From a virus, in the IMG/VR virus record IMGVR_UViG_3300046535_001092, positions 1 to 64,000 of that record: a stretch of DNA of 64,000 nucleotides; one strand, given 5' to 3'. Both the position numbers and the translations under genes were made by a program. Numbering within the stretch: the stretch's first letter is position 1; each line of letters opens with the position of its first letter. The notes under the pieces were generated by a model, which ran no database searches, was not told the origin of the DNA, and worked only from the letters and a program-made list of their open reading frames with translations. Shown here piece by piece: positions 9,393 to 20,449 of this stretch.

Positions 9393-9721
9393 TTAATGGA
9401 GCCGGTGGCCTTGGCGATAATCTGGGTCCATTCGGCACGTTGTTCGGGGGATAGTTCGGTGACTTGCTTGACACGATGGGAGATGGTGAGGACGTGAGCA
9501 CGTTGGACGAAGATCTCCTCGCCTTGTAATAGGATGTCGGGGTTAGCAGGTGATGGCTTGGAGACTAGGGTGATGGTGATTTGGGTACCACCGAAGACGA
9601 TGGAGTCTCCGGCATCATGGTCGATGGAGACTGGGAGGAGATAGCCGTTCTCAAAGAGGAAGTCGTAGTCGTCAATGAGGTGGGTGGGGAGGTCTCCAGT
9701 TGTGATGAACATCTCAGACAT
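9389..9721 (-). CDS. Hypothetical protein
   Basis: ORF coupled to HU-like gene. Confidence 0.55.
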   Translation of the reverse strand: MSEMFITTGDLPTHLIDDYDFLFENGYLLPVSIDHDAGDSIVFGGTQITITLVSKPSPANPDILLQGEEIFVQRAHVLTISHRVKQVTELSPEQRAEWTQIIAKATGSIN

Positions 9722-10094
9722 TCTCTTTGTCCTTCTCTCGGATGTATTCGTAGCACTTGTAGGCGTAGGTGGGATTGAGGGGGGTGAACTCGTCGGCCTT
9801 GCCTAGGTAGGCGTCGTTGACTAGGTAGTTGACGTAGGTGCCTGGTTTGAACTTAACCTTCTTTCGCCTGGGAACCTTGATAACCTTAGGCATGAGAGGG
9901 GTATGAATTTTAACGGCCTTGTAGGTGACGAGGGAGAAGGTTCCGAAGCCCTTGATTTGGACATAGTCCCCACGCCTGAGGGCTTTGATCATGGCCTGGC
10001 CTATGATGTACATGATCTTGCGGACTTCGTGGTCGGATAGGCCAGTGAGGGCTGAGATCTCTGAGACAAGATTGTAGTTGGCTTTACTTGGCAC
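9714..10094 (-). CDS. HU/IHF-family DNA-binding protein
   Basis: ALRRGDYVQIKGFGTF..IKVPRRKKVKFKPG. Confidence 0.85.
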   Translation of the reverse strand: MPSKANYNLVSEISALTGLSDHEVRKIMYIIGQAMIKALRRGDYVQIKGFGTFSLVTYKAVKIHTPLMPKVIKVPRRKKVKFKPGTYVNYLVNDAYLGKADEFTPLNPTYAYKCYEYIREKDKENV

Positions 10095-10432
10095 TATCTT
10101 CTAGACCTTCTAGATTCTTTCTCCATCTGTCTTTGTTCTACTATACGGGGATTGGGGTTCGGGGTGTCTCCATGGACGGAGTAACCTGTATCATAGGCTA
10201 CTCGTTTGAGTTCTGACTTTGATCGGAATCGTCGGGGGGAGCCGTCAGGGTTGCAAATTCCATGACGGATTTCAATATCGATTTCGTCACCATCAATTTG
10301 TGGGGAGTAGGGTAGCCATAGGTTGTCCAGAGGCTCACCACAAGTGGGACACTGGGGGTGTGGGGTGTAGATGGAGTGGACATAGTCTAGGAATTGGTGG
10401 CCGTTAGAGCAGCCGAGGTCATAAGTTGGCAT
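10094..10432 (-). CDS. FmdB-like zinc-ribbon protein
   Basis: MPTYDLGCSNGH..QCPTCG; directly downstream of portal. Confidence 0.7.
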   Translation of the reverse strand: MPTYDLGCSNGHQFLDYVHSIYTPHPQCPTCGEPLDNLWLPYSPQIDGDEIDIEIRHGICNPDGSPRRFRSKSELKRVAYDTGYSVHGDTPNPNPRIVEQRQMEKESRRSRR

Positions 10433-12609
10433 TACTTCTGGTCTCCTCTACGCTTGTTGATCTTGCCCATGGTTGACCAGGTTGGGTGAGCGTTACCTGG
10501 GGTTGGAGGTGGGGGCGGAGGGTTAGGAGGGATTGGGGTGGACATCGGCGGAGGGGCCTGAGGAAGTGGAGGTGGACCTCCTGGACCCTGCGGAGCGCCT
10601 GGAGGTGGGGGCATGCCAGGAGGTGGGGGTTGTCCAGGCATTCCTGGGGGAGGAGGCATGCCTGGGGTACCTGGTGGGACAGCGGGTGGGGTGACTGCCT
10701 CCTGGATGAGCTTCTTGGCCTGGTCGATGAGTTCCTGCTCGGGAGCCTGGCCTGATTTGATAAGGAAGGCTAGGGCGAGTGGGTTCATCATGTCCTCGAC
10801 TCCGGTGAGACGGAGGGAGATGTTGGGTTCGACTGGAGGCTTTGGAGATGGGGCCTGGATGACGACGGCAGGGTCTAGACCGGATAGGGTGGCAATCTCC
10901 TTGAGGACGGGTTCAAGGTTGATGAAGCCTGACTTGGCTGTGAAGTTGATGAACTGGAGTAGCCGCTGTAGACGCTGATTGGAGTCTAGGAGGACTGTGG
11001 AGTCAGCGAGGACGGAGTAGGCGAGGGTGCGGCAGACTGCAGGATCAAAGCCCTGACCGAATGACTCTGGTGGTTCGTAGAGACAGAGGAGGCCACCTAG
11101 GATCTCGGCGATGGTGACTAGGAACTTGGCTACCTTTGCACGTTCACGGGCAATCTGAGATTTGGGTGAGGGCGAAGCACCTTCTTCTCCAACCTTGGAG
11201 GAGGCTGAGACTTCAGAGGTCTCTTGGTTGTCGGAGAGTTGCCATGCTTCTAGGAGGTCGGTCTTGGCAATCTTGTCGAAGGTGAAGTTTTCTGTGGGCA
11301 TAGCGGCACGAGAGACTTCGGTGATGATCTTGTCGCCTGCTCCTTGGACTGGGATGAAGGCCTGCCAAACTCCGCGCATGAGTCCTTGCATAATAGCGGG
11401 GTCGACTCGGTTGACATCTACGGTGCGGACGGGGAGGGATCTCTGGCGCTGGAGGATCATCTGGGTACGAGCGGCGTTGATCTCGTTGACCTGTGGACGA
11501 CCGATAGCGGTGTCGGATGGGGGGATTGTTTCGTCTGTGAGATAGGCTAGGGTGAGGACGGGGATGGGGAACTTCATTGCCCCGATTAGTTGGCCTGAGT
11601 TTGGGTCAGTCTTCTGTCCCTTCCAGGGTTCGTCGATGACTGGTTCGGTCTTGCCCTGGATGAAGACAAGGTGGTGGATGGAGAAGTAGGACTTCGCAGC
11701 TTCGTCGTACTGGAACTCCTTATAGAAGACCTCATCGAATCCAACCATCTCGTCTGCGATGGTCTTGTCTTTGTCGATGTCGTGGACTAGGCGGTCGAGG
11801 GTGTTACGTTCCTCACCTAGGATAGCATCTCTGTCTGAGTCTTTGAGCTTGAACCTTTGAACGGCCTGTGCCCAGGTGATTCTACCTGAGCGTCCGATCC
11901 ATGGGGCCTGCTGGAAGTCTGAGCCTGTGAAGTTGATAGGCCAGAGGAGATCGGCAGGGGAGATTCTAGAGATAGTGTAGCGGTGATCGAGGATGCGGGG
12001 GATGGTGGTGGTAGGGATGGGGGAGCCGTCAGGCATAGTGGTGGGAGGGATACCATCTGGGCCTGCTGCGAGGGTGGAGGGATCGAGGACGGGCATCTCT
12101 ACGTCTTCGGTGATGGCTTCGTGGGCGATAAGGACAGCACCTATGCCCGAGGCGTTGATGACATCGGGGAGAACTTCATCTGTGGCTGCTTCTATGCCTG
12201 CGACGACTAGGGTATCGTTGAGGCGTTGTTCGAAGGAATGCAGCCATGGGCCTGCATCTAAGGTTTGTGGTGGGTGATTGACATGGACTACAGGGACCTG
12301 GGAGAAGAGGGCTGCAACCTTAGCCTTCGTGAGTGACCAATCTAGGTTGACTACGACTCGGTCTTCGTCGGTCTGGGACTGGAAAGGTTTGCCTCTGCGG
12401 TAGTCGATGTTGATGGTCCAGTTCTGAATAAGCTTCCTGCGATATTGTTTGCAGGCGTCGATCCTAGTCATGAACTCTGACCATAGCTTCTTCTTAGCTG
12501 GGTCTACATCGGCAGACTTCTCGGCTGTAGGAGCGGTGGGGTTTTTCTGTGGGCCTGGGACGGATTCGTCTGAGGTTTGGGTTAGGTTAGTTCCGAAGTC
12601 TGATGGCAT
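10432..12609 (-). CDS. Portal protein
   Basis: 725 aa after TerL; helical core; Pro-rich C-terminal tail. Confidence 0.75.
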   Translation of the reverse strand: MPSDFGTNLTQTSDESVPGPQKNPTAPTAEKSADVDPAKKKLWSEFMTRIDACKQYRRKLIQNWTINIDYRRGKPFQSQTDEDRVVVNLDWSLTKAKVAALFSQVPVVHVNHPPQTLDAGPWLHSFEQRLNDTLVVAGIEAATDEVLPDVINASGIGAVLIAHEAITEDVEMPVLDPSTLAAGPDGIPPTTMPDGSPIPTTTIPRILDHRYTISRISPADLLWPINFTGSDFQQAPWIGRSGRITWAQAVQRFKLKDSDRDAILGEERNTLDRLVHDIDKDKTIADEMVGFDEVFYKEFQYDEAAKSYFSIHHLVFIQGKTEPVIDEPWKGQKTDPNSGQLIGAMKFPIPVLTLAYLTDETIPPSDTAIGRPQVNEINAARTQMILQRQRSLPVRTVDVNRVDPAIMQGLMRGVWQAFIPVQGAGDKIITEVSRAAMPTENFTFDKIAKTDLLEAWQLSDNQETSEVSASSKVGEEGASPSPKSQIARERAKVAKFLVTIAEILGGLLCLYEPPESFGQGFDPAVCRTLAYSVLADSTVLLDSNQRLQRLLQFINFTAKSGFINLEPVLKEIATLSGLDPAVVIQAPSPKPPVEPNISLRLTGVEDMMNPLALAFLIKSGQAPEQELIDQAKKLIQEAVTPPAVPPGTPGMPPPPGMPGQPPPPGMPPPPGAPQGPGGPPPLPQAPPPMSTPIPPNPPPPPPTPGNAHPTWSTMGKINKRRGDQK

Positions 12610-12633
12610 GATGTCCTATAATATGAAGGGAGG

Positions 12634-14055
12634 TTACTTGACGCTCTCACTGCCGAGAGTAAACTTCTGTCCACGCTTCTCTCTCATCCAGGGACGCATA
12701 GGTGAGCCACCTGAGCCTGGGCCACGACGTTCCATGGAGGATGAGGAGATGAGGAAGTAGGCGAGGGCTACGACTGCATGGTCTTCCTTGTGATCTGCCA
12801 TAGCAAGGGGACGCTTGGGATTGTAGCGCATCTGTGGGATGGTCTTGACGAGGTAGGGACAGCCGTCACGACCGTGGTTGTAGATTTGTAGGCGGGGGAG
12901 ACTATCACCAGCTTCTTCGGCCAAGGCAGTGTGGACGGCAGCGGCGAACATCTCCCTATCGTTAATGGACTTTTCCATGGGAATTCCACAGGCTTCGTAC
13001 ATATCCTTGATAGTACGGATATCAGCGGTGGTATTGATGTCCATTGTGGGGTCACAGTAGGTAATAGCGACTCGTTTGACCCCGAGTTGGTGGTCGATTT
13101 CCTTGATTTCCTCTGCAATCTCTGAGGCAACCTTCTTATACCAGAGCTTTTCGTGAAAGACGATGTAACGGTTGCCGAGATGGGCGATCCAGAGGCAGAT
13201 TGTGGGGTCGGGGAACCATCCAGCATCGATTGCACGGTAGACAGTGGCATGTTTGAGGAGGGTTTCTAGGTCAATGTCGGGGATTACGTGGTAGGGTTTG
13301 CCCATGTTGGTGGGATGGAAGTCAAAGAGGGCATTCTCGAGGACGAATTCTCCATCTACCCAGGCCTTACGGACGTGTGCAGCGAGACCAGCGAACCTCT
13401 TGCGGTATTGGACAGCATCGATGGCGAGGTTATCCTCAAGGTTTGCGTGGATGGCGTACCAATCCTCAGGATTGTAGTCCATATCCTCTTCAGGATCGAC
13501 GTCTTTGGCTACGAAGTACTGGAGGACTTGGGATGCAGAGGGTCCGAGGGGGTTAGTAGCCGCCCTAACCATTGCAGTAAGGCCAGATCCCTTGGTGACT
13601 CGCACCGAAGCTGCAAGTTTAGTGAACATATCCCACTCGAAGGTGGAGAGTTCGTCGAATCCCATCCAGGCGAATTCAGTTGATAGGAGATTGAGGACAT
13701 CGGCGTCTGATTGACAATGAGAGAACCAGCCAGTAGAACCATTAGGATACCTTGCAATGTGTTTGGTGGAGTTATAGGTACCACCGATTGCCTTCATCTC
13801 TCTGGGAACGTGGATGAGGTGGGACTTTTCTAGCTCAGGGAAGGTACGACGGAGGATGAGGTAGCGGAATCCTGGGTGGGAAAGCGCACGCATGTGGGCA
13901 TCCCATCGGAGGGCCTCGCTTTTGCCTGAACCTCGGCCTCCCCAGAAGAGTACGTTAGGTTCCTGGCGGGAGTGGAACTCTAACTGCTTGGGGAATGGAG
14001 TGTAGAGGATCTTCTCAACTCCTAGGTCGTCAGTGATTATGATGGAGTTACTCAT
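12634..14055 (-). CDS. terL: Terminase large subunit
   Basis: Walker A GGRGSGKS, LRRTFPEL, Walker B FDEL, ATNP, nuclease IDAG..DPT..DH. Confidence 0.92.
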   Translation of the reverse strand: MSNSIIITDDLGVEKILYTPFPKQLEFHSRQEPNVLFWGGRGSGKSEALRWDAHMRALSHPGFRYLILRRTFPELEKSHLIHVPREMKAIGGTYNSTKHIARYPNGSTGWFSHCQSDADVLNLLSTEFAWMGFDELSTFEWDMFTKLAASVRVTKGSGLTAMVRAATNPLGPSASQVLQYFVAKDVDPEEDMDYNPEDWYAIHANLEDNLAIDAVQYRKRFAGLAAHVRKAWVDGEFVLENALFDFHPTNMGKPYHVIPDIDLETLLKHATVYRAIDAGWFPDPTICLWIAHLGNRYIVFHEKLWYKKVASEIAEEIKEIDHQLGVKRVAITYCDPTMDINTTADIRTIKDMYEACGIPMEKSINDREMFAAAVHTALAEEAGDSLPRLQIYNHGRDGCPYLVKTIPQMRYNPKRPLAMADHKEDHAVVALAYFLISSSSMERRGPGSGGSPMRPWMREKRGQKFTLGSESVK

Positions 14056-14401
14056 CTTCCTTCTCCACATCTATCACATTAACTGCTGGTAGCTCCTTAG
14101 GCTTCTCTATGCCACCGATCTTGAAACCAATATTGATGGATGGACCGATTCTATTCTGGTCTACCTGCTTAGGTTTGTCGACTGAGATGTCTACCATGGT
14201 CACCCCATCCTCATTAGGCATGTGTTCTATGAGAAAGGAGGTAGCCTTATTAGCTGTCTCATGATCCTTATTAGCCATAGCTGCCCGAGCATTCTCCATA
14301 TGGAGTTCGAACACCTCCATAGCTCTCTCCATGATGGCCTCTCTAGCCTCCCTAACCTTGGAGAAGAAAGGATTCTTAATAGGTTCCTTATGGATAGCCA
14401 T
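14048..14401 (-). CDS. Putative terminase small subunit
   Basis: Small helical protein directly upstream of and overlapping terL. Confidence 0.5.
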   Translation of the reverse strand: MAIHKEPIKNPFFSKVREAREAIMERAMEVFELHMENARAAMANKDHETANKATSFLIEHMPNEDGVTMVDISVDKPKQVDQNRIGPSINIGFKIGGIEKPKELPAVNVIDVEKEDE

Positions 14402-14604
14402 TACTTCTTACCTTCCTGGTCACTCATAGCGGGCTTCTTTGGGCCTGATGCATGCACTTGAGGTTTCCTTAGGGAGATAGCAAGCTTGTCTAATTGGGAT
14501 TTAAAAAATTCTAAAAGGAGGTCAGACATTGGAAAGGGGGTGGGGGGTCGAAGGCGGGCCGAGATTGAGACTGAGAGGAGGGATGTACCTAATTTGTAAT
14601 GCGT

Positions 14605-14633
14605 AGTATAACACAAGCATGCCAATAAGTCAA
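14605..14633 (-). promoter_or_regulatory. Sigma70-type promoter of packaging/structural operon
   Basis: Minus strand TTGACT-17 nt-TATACT with extended TGn. Confidence 0.7.
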
Positions 14634-14700
14634 GTCTTATCTACTGTTTAGGGTATAATTAGGTCATTTAGCTATATACTTGGTCCCGCCCCGCCCGCCG

Positions 14701-14780
14701 AACGGACACAGGCGTACTCCAACGGACACGGGCCGACATAGGCGCACCCTAACGGACACCATATGACACCACCCGCCACG
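14701..14780. repeat. Phased degenerate 10-bp tandem repeats (AACGGACAC consensus)
   Basis: aacggacaca/ggcgtactcc/aacggacacg/ggccgacata/ggcgcaccct/aacggacacc/atatgacacc/acccgccacg. Confidence 0.7.
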
Positions 14781-15482
14781 ATGTCCGTCTGGCGACCATA
14801 GCCTGCCAGTGTGACTGCCGAGCTAACCCATAGTAGGCGTGAGACTTACGCCGAACGGACTAGCAGCCCGATATGACAGCGCCGACGCCGGCCAATGTGA
14901 CAAGACTGTGAAAACAGGGGGATCTACCTACTTCGGGGTATAGACAGACTATTCAATCCGCCATAGGCTGAGCACTCGGTCGGGCAAGACGGCGGCAAGG
15001 TCGCCAAGGCAAGCCAGCAAGACAAGCGGTTGACAACCGGAGCGCAGAAGGGGCAAGTCGATTACCTTCCGCCAAATACCACGATGGATAGCAGCACGAA
15101 GGGCCGAGAGCCGGACGGATACGGGAGCCTTCTCCTCATCGCCAGCCGCCTCTAAGCGCCTAACTTCCCCCATAGGGACGCCAGACAGATCAGCCTCTTT
15201 TCAGCGTCTAGGGCCAACGACGACGCCATGCACCGCGCACCGACTGTGACAACCGACCGACTAGCTAGCGGCGGGAACCCTACAGCGGACACGGCAAGCG
15301 GCCTCTAACATCGCCCTAGCCTGCAACAACGCGCAACTCTACCCAGTGGCCTACCCTATCGGGCTAAGTTCACTAACGCGGAATATGCCGATGCCGGATA
15401 CCACGCTCCGGCCTTTCGTCCTGCTACCCATCCCCATGTAAGCGCCTCATAGGGCCGTCTAAGGTTCGACCTGGAGCAACCA

Positions 15483-15716
15483 ATGGACCGAACCAAGACG
15501 TTAAGCAGCCTGCCCCCTGCCGAACTTCCCATGCAGCTAGACAGCGCCTCACACAACATTGACGAATATCTACACAGCACACCGAAAGCCGGACAAACCA
15601 TCGGAGAGATCGTCCGCATGGCACAACCGGCAATCGTCGCCTTGCAGATCCTTCGCGGCGAACTGGACGTAACCGACGCACGGATCACCCTAGAACGCGC
15701 AGAGAGACAACAGTAA
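15483..15716 (+). CDS. Hypothetical protein (GC-rich segment)
   Basis: GGAG RBS; protein-like helical sequence. Confidence 0.5.
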   Translation: MDRTKTLSSLPPAELPMQLDSASHNIDEYLHSTPKAGQTIGEIVRMAQPAIVALQILRGELDVTDARITLERAERQQ

Positions 15717-15777
15717 ACACTTGAGATCCTTAGACGGTCGTATCAGTCGCTTACATGGACATAACATGAGACCCCGG

Positions 15778-15807
15778 TTGACACGCCAGCCGGGACGGAG
15801 CTACAGT
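15778..15807 (+). promoter_or_regulatory. Sigma70-type promoter
   Basis: TTGACA-18 nt-TACAGT. Confidence 0.55.
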
Positions 15808-15892
15808 CCGCAAGTCGGCCACGGCATCCCGCCGAGCCGAGCGCAACCGAGCCGGGACCACGGACCCCGGCACTTGATAGGAGTTAGTTATT

Positions 15893-16426
15893 ATGGCTGG
15901 AGAAGTAGCGCGACAGATGGCCGCGACCCCCTTGCAGAAGGACGAAGCCGCCAAGCCGGAAGCCAAGACAGAGAAGAATCCGATCTTCGCCTTGCTTGGA
16001 CGCCCGAAGATCGTAGCAGGACCGGGAACCCGCTACGCGCGGACGGAAGGATGGGGCAAGGACAAGAAACCCCACCGGGACGGCGGAACCAACGAGACAA
16101 TCGCTTTCGCCGTGTTCACGCCGTTTAAGGGCTTGGAATTGCCCCTTGTCGCCACGGTCTACTGCGAACGCTTCACCGCAACTGTTACCGAAGGCGGGAA
16201 AACGGTTGTCAAGAATCGTCGCAAGCTGAACGTGTCGATTCCGTTCCTGAAGCCTGAGAAGCGCGACGGGGACGGCAACAAGGCAGCGGCGCTGGCAAAG
16301 GCGGAAATCGAAACCATGTTCCGCAACTGGGAAAAGACCACGGACCCCACCGAACGCGCCAAGGGGACCGCATCCAGCTCCGACGCCGGAGAGGATGACC
16401 CCGACGCGCCGACCGCAACCGAGTAA
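15893..16426 (+). CDS. Hypothetical early protein with acidic tail
   Basis: AGGAG RBS, own promoter and terminator, high-GC3 codons. Confidence 0.7.
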   Translation: MAGEVARQMAATPLQKDEAAKPEAKTEKNPIFALLGRPKIVAGPGTRYARTEGWGKDKKPHRDGGTNETIAFAVFTPFKGLELPLVATVYCERFTATVTEGGKTVVKNRRKLNVSIPFLKPEKRDGDGNKAAALAKAEIETMFRNWEKTTDPTERAKGTASSSDAGEDDPDAPTATE

Positions 16427-16447
16427 CACTCTCACACCTACCTCACC

Positions 16448-16484
16448 AAAGGCTCTATAAGGATTCGTCCTTATAGGGCCTTTT
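16448..16484 (+). terminator. Rho-independent terminator
   Basis: GGCTCTATAAGGA-TTCG-TCCTTATAGGGCC followed by TTTT. Confidence 0.75.
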
Positions 16485-16830
16485 CCTATTTATACCCATG
16501 TATCTATCAATTAGCCGACGGTCGTCAGGGCTGCCGAGGATGCCCCAAGACGCGAGCCGAACCGCCCAACGGGGCAAGGTGGCGGGGGGCCTGTGGAAAA
16601 CCCCACCGGGCGAACGCTGGACCCCTTCCCGGCCCGCCGTGGTGCGGTTCCCGAACCGGTTCGACGGCAGTTGACAGCCGGCCGGGAGCCGTGCGAGGAT
16701 TCGCAGGTCGGGCGGCGCTGCCGCTCGGCGGTCGGGGGCCAGGTCGAACGGCTGACCCGAACCGTAACCCAAACCAATACTTAATAGTTAATAACTACTA
16801 AGTAACTTATTGAGAAGGGAGTTAGATACA

Positions 16831-17622
16831 ATGAATTGCATCGAATGTTCTAATGACCTTGGAGATAAGGGATTTGGGATCTTCACTTGTGATCAGTGCC
16901 TCACATTGTTGAAGTTCTCAGCTATTGAAGGATTGACACTCTATTCCAAGTCTATTGGAACTAAGAGTGGATTGACACTCCAAGAGAAAGAGGAACGATG
17001 GAATAACCTTACTCCTAAAGTTGGGATCTTGTATGACGATGGTATCAATGTTGAGGCTACTGAAGCTCTTAACTTTGATCCCAAGTGCATTAGTTGTTAT
17101 AACCGTCTTGAGAGTGTCAACAATGTCTACGGTAGAATAATTGTTGGTAGTTTCAAGGTTGTTAAACAGTATCTTGAGACTGTCTCACTTAATCCATTGG
17201 TTGAAGTTCCTACCATGAGGATTTATGGCGTCCCTGTTTATAAGAAGGGATGGGCTTGTAAGTCCTGCTTTGATATGCTCTATGGTTCCACTTATCTTAA
17301 TGATAAGTTGGTTGTCATGAGAATGTTTGAGACAATAGAACTTCCCCAAGTGAAGATTAGTGATAGAGCTACTACGATCAATGGTGCCATTGGTAGAGAG
17401 AGAATCTCCCGTCCTAAAGTAAGTATCGTTAGGACTGGTCCTGATGGGACTGAAGATGAATGGCCTGATTATCGTGGTATGGCTACTGCTAAGCCTAAGG
17501 TAGAGGAACCCGTAGATATTAAGTCTTATGGGTACTTCATGAAGCCTAAGGATAGACGTAAGAATATCCTGGAGGATGACTCAATCATCGTAGATGAGAG
17601 ATCAAACTGGAGGAACAAGTGA
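16831..17622 (+). CDS. Hypothetical protein with several CxxC motifs
   Basis: CIEC, CDQC, CISC, CKSC; ATG 16831 after GGGAG. Confidence 0.6.
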   Translation: MNCIECSNDLGDKGFGIFTCDQCLTLLKFSAIEGLTLYSKSIGTKSGLTLQEKEERWNNLTPKVGILYDDGINVEATEALNFDPKCISCYNRLESVNNVYGRIIVGSFKVVKQYLETVSLNPLVEVPTMRIYGVPVYKKGWACKSCFDMLYGSTYLNDKLVVMRMFETIELPQVKISDRATTINGAIGRERISRPKVSIVRTGPDGTEDEWPDYRGMATAKPKVEEPVDIKSYGYFMKPKDRRKNILEDDSIIVDERSNWRNK

Positions 17623-20098
17623 GATTCACAACTCCTAAGTTTTATAGTCTCTACAATCTCCTATGGTACATTCCACGTCCCATAGTGAGATATGAGGCTG
17701 TACGATTTGGTACTGAGTTGTACACTCGTGTATGGTTGTTGGGTATTGTTGTTGGCACTTATGTCGATGAGATATTCGACGACTACTATTGCAAGAGCTA
17801 ACTGGAGGAACAATAGATGAAGTTCTAATCTAACTACGTCATGTGACTCTGTTGGGCAGGTAAAACAGGGACGTACTAATACCTGCTTAGTGTATACTTG
17901 AAATGAAAAGTATATAGTCCCGAACACGATAAGTATAAGAACTTAAAGACTTGTGGCTTTGGTATACGGAAGCCACACCTATTTAGTCTCTAAGTAATCC
18001 TATCACTGGTACACTAACACCAGTCGGTATATACCTAATAGACCAGTTTGATGGGATTTCTTAGACACTAACTTGGAGGTCACCTTGAGACTTGCTAAGA
18101 GTGAGACAGTTGGGACAGGTAGGAAACGTGGGATGTATGAGACTGAGTATGGCAATGTTTGCTATGTCTCTGGTCCCAATGCTAAATCAGCATATGACAT
18201 AGATGCTGATCAGAGAATCCCTATCGCCCTTGTCACCTTCAAGTACATTGGTCCTGCTCACTAGGAGGGTCGCATGCTACAAATCATCGAAGCAGACAAG
18301 ACTGTGACTGTGTATCACAGAATCACAGCCATTCACAACGATCTCACTGTCAACCTTGATCCTCAGACAAGAGTGGTTGCAGCCTTTGTTGAGGGTGATG
18401 TTGAACTGTGGAGAGTGATTGACGGTGATCGTGGAGTTGACGAGTTGAAGAACTACTACAACTTCCAGCGTGAGGAAGTTGGCATGGTCAACTACAAGAT
18501 CATGGTGGTGGTTGAATGAACATGATCATTGCTTGTGATGGCAAGCTCTACCTTGTCAATGAAGCTGCCTATATGGAGCTTGAAGGAGAGCCAATCACCA
18601 CTATCATTGGATGGGTCAAGTCCAATGGTATCCTCATGGACACCAAGTTCATGGATCTTGACGCCTTCATCCTTGAATTAGAGAGGGGCAAATGAACGTC
18701 ACAATCAACTTCGATTACGTTACCTCTGAGTGGAGAGTAACGTATATTGAGACTGACAAGACCTGTATCTCTGCCACTGGTAAGACTCTCAAAGAGGCTC
18801 TAGAAGGTCTTAAGAGTGACCAGTTGATGTGGCAGATCATTATCTGGTTTGGTATTCACCCTCTCTTTATGATGGAGCATAAGAAGTGACCGCCATCATC
18901 ATCGACAAGACCACTAACCAGGTGCTTGACATTCGATGTGAAAGGGTTGAGTCAATTGATGACTACTTTTTCACAGTCCACTTCAAGGGAGTGATACTTC
19001 CTAGATACTTCCCTAGGACGGAGTTCAGACTTGCAGGTACAACTTACTAGTCCCCCTATCTGGACTTGCAAGCTCTGTCTCAATCCTAAGACTTGCCACC
19101 TCTACTATCCTTCAGAGCGTAAGAAGAATGAAGGTCGTAGAGTGTGTATTGCTTGTTGTAGGACAAGGGACAGACAAGCAGACCAGATCTACGTCAAGAG
19201 GTTAGATGATGCTTAGTTTCTTTGAGCAGATGCAGACCTGGCCTAACGCTAGACTCAAGCATGCCTATGAGACTGGCGATAGAGCCGTCAAACGCTATGT
19301 GATCTACATACTTGAACATCGTCCAGAACACACTCCAGTGTGGGGAGCATCATTGTATGTTAGGCCAAGACCCTTTGCCATCGCCATCCCCAAAGAAACC
19401 GAAAGCACAAAGGTTTCATAATCCCACTGTTGGGATTCAGTATCCCTATGGGCAATCCCTTAGGTTTGCCTATGACGTAGAGTTCGGGCTTGTTGTGATT
19501 GTCTCGGGGAGAATCACAGTAGGAGGGATTGAGGAGATGGAGTTCATTGATATGTTTGGAATTGAAGCCTTCCAACAGATCATCTCGGGGAAGTGATGAT
19601 TAAGATTAGATGGTACGGAAAATGGTACTGGTCTGTACGTAAGATCGTACCCTTCTACGTGCGGCTCAACGAGAAGTGTTTCTTTCTTGGTCCCCTTGGG
19701 ATCAACTGGTGGTAGTAATGACCCTTACAGGTGGTTTTGCCTCATTCTCTGAAGAACGTAGATTGAGGTTCCAACTGGAGACTAGAACCCTTGAAGAATT
19801 GCGAGGGATGCTAGAGAAGTTTCCAGAGGGATCAGCAATCCGTACACTTGTCGCTGAGATCATTGAAACAAGGGAGAAGAAGTCATGATCCAACAGAAGG
19901 GTGCAGTGATTGAAGGTTATGTGAAGAATGAAGAGGATGCAAACAATCCTGAACTCTTTGCAGAAGCCTTGCAAGCTCTTATTGACAAACGTCCCAACGA
20001 CAAGATGGTGATGTTTGCTGGCATGTTCAGCACAGAGATGGCTCACAAGATCATTGGCATGCTGACACCACACGGGAAGAGGATGTAAGGGAGGTCAA

Positions 20099-20449
20099 AT
20101 GTTGAAGGTGATTGTTGATCGTGAGAGGTGGTTGAGAGGTGAGGGATCTAATGCCTCAGCTCTCTACAGAGAGGATGGCAAGATGTGCTGCATGGGATTT
20201 GCAGCCATCGCTGCGGGCTACAAGAAGTCTGACTTGCTCGGTCTCAAGTCCATTCACTCCTTGGAGATTGCTACTAGACAGAGAGTAATTGTGGCACCTG
20301 AGAATTGCTCGATTACAGAGGATGAGAATAATCTGAAGTATCATCCTCTCTACGTGCAGAACGATGCAGGCTTGACCACAGATGCAGAGAAGGAAGAGAC
20401 TCTGATCCGCATGGGCAAGAAGGTTGGCATCGAGTTCTCTTTCGTCTAA
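20099..20449 (+). CDS. Hypothetical protein, CC-motif paralog family
   Basis: WLRG..ALY...KMCCMG..ND; GGAGG RBS. Confidence 0.6.
   Translation: MLKVIVDRERWLRGEGSNASALYREDGKMCCMGFAAIAAGYKKSDLLGLKSIHSLEIATRQRVIVAPENCSITEDENNLKYHPLYVQNDAGLTTDAEKEETLIRMGKKVGIEFSFV

Noticed and set aside
10440-10700. G-rich repeats as a regulatory element
   Set aside because: Explained by the polyproline tail of the portal protein
14701-14780. CRISPR mini-array
   Set aside because: Units are degenerate 10-mers without spacers of CRISPR length
14949-16777. Multiple overlapping ORFs in the GC-rich segment
   Set aside because: Arg/Pro-rich translations expected from high GC; only 15483-15716 and 15893-16426 have an RBS and protein-like sequence
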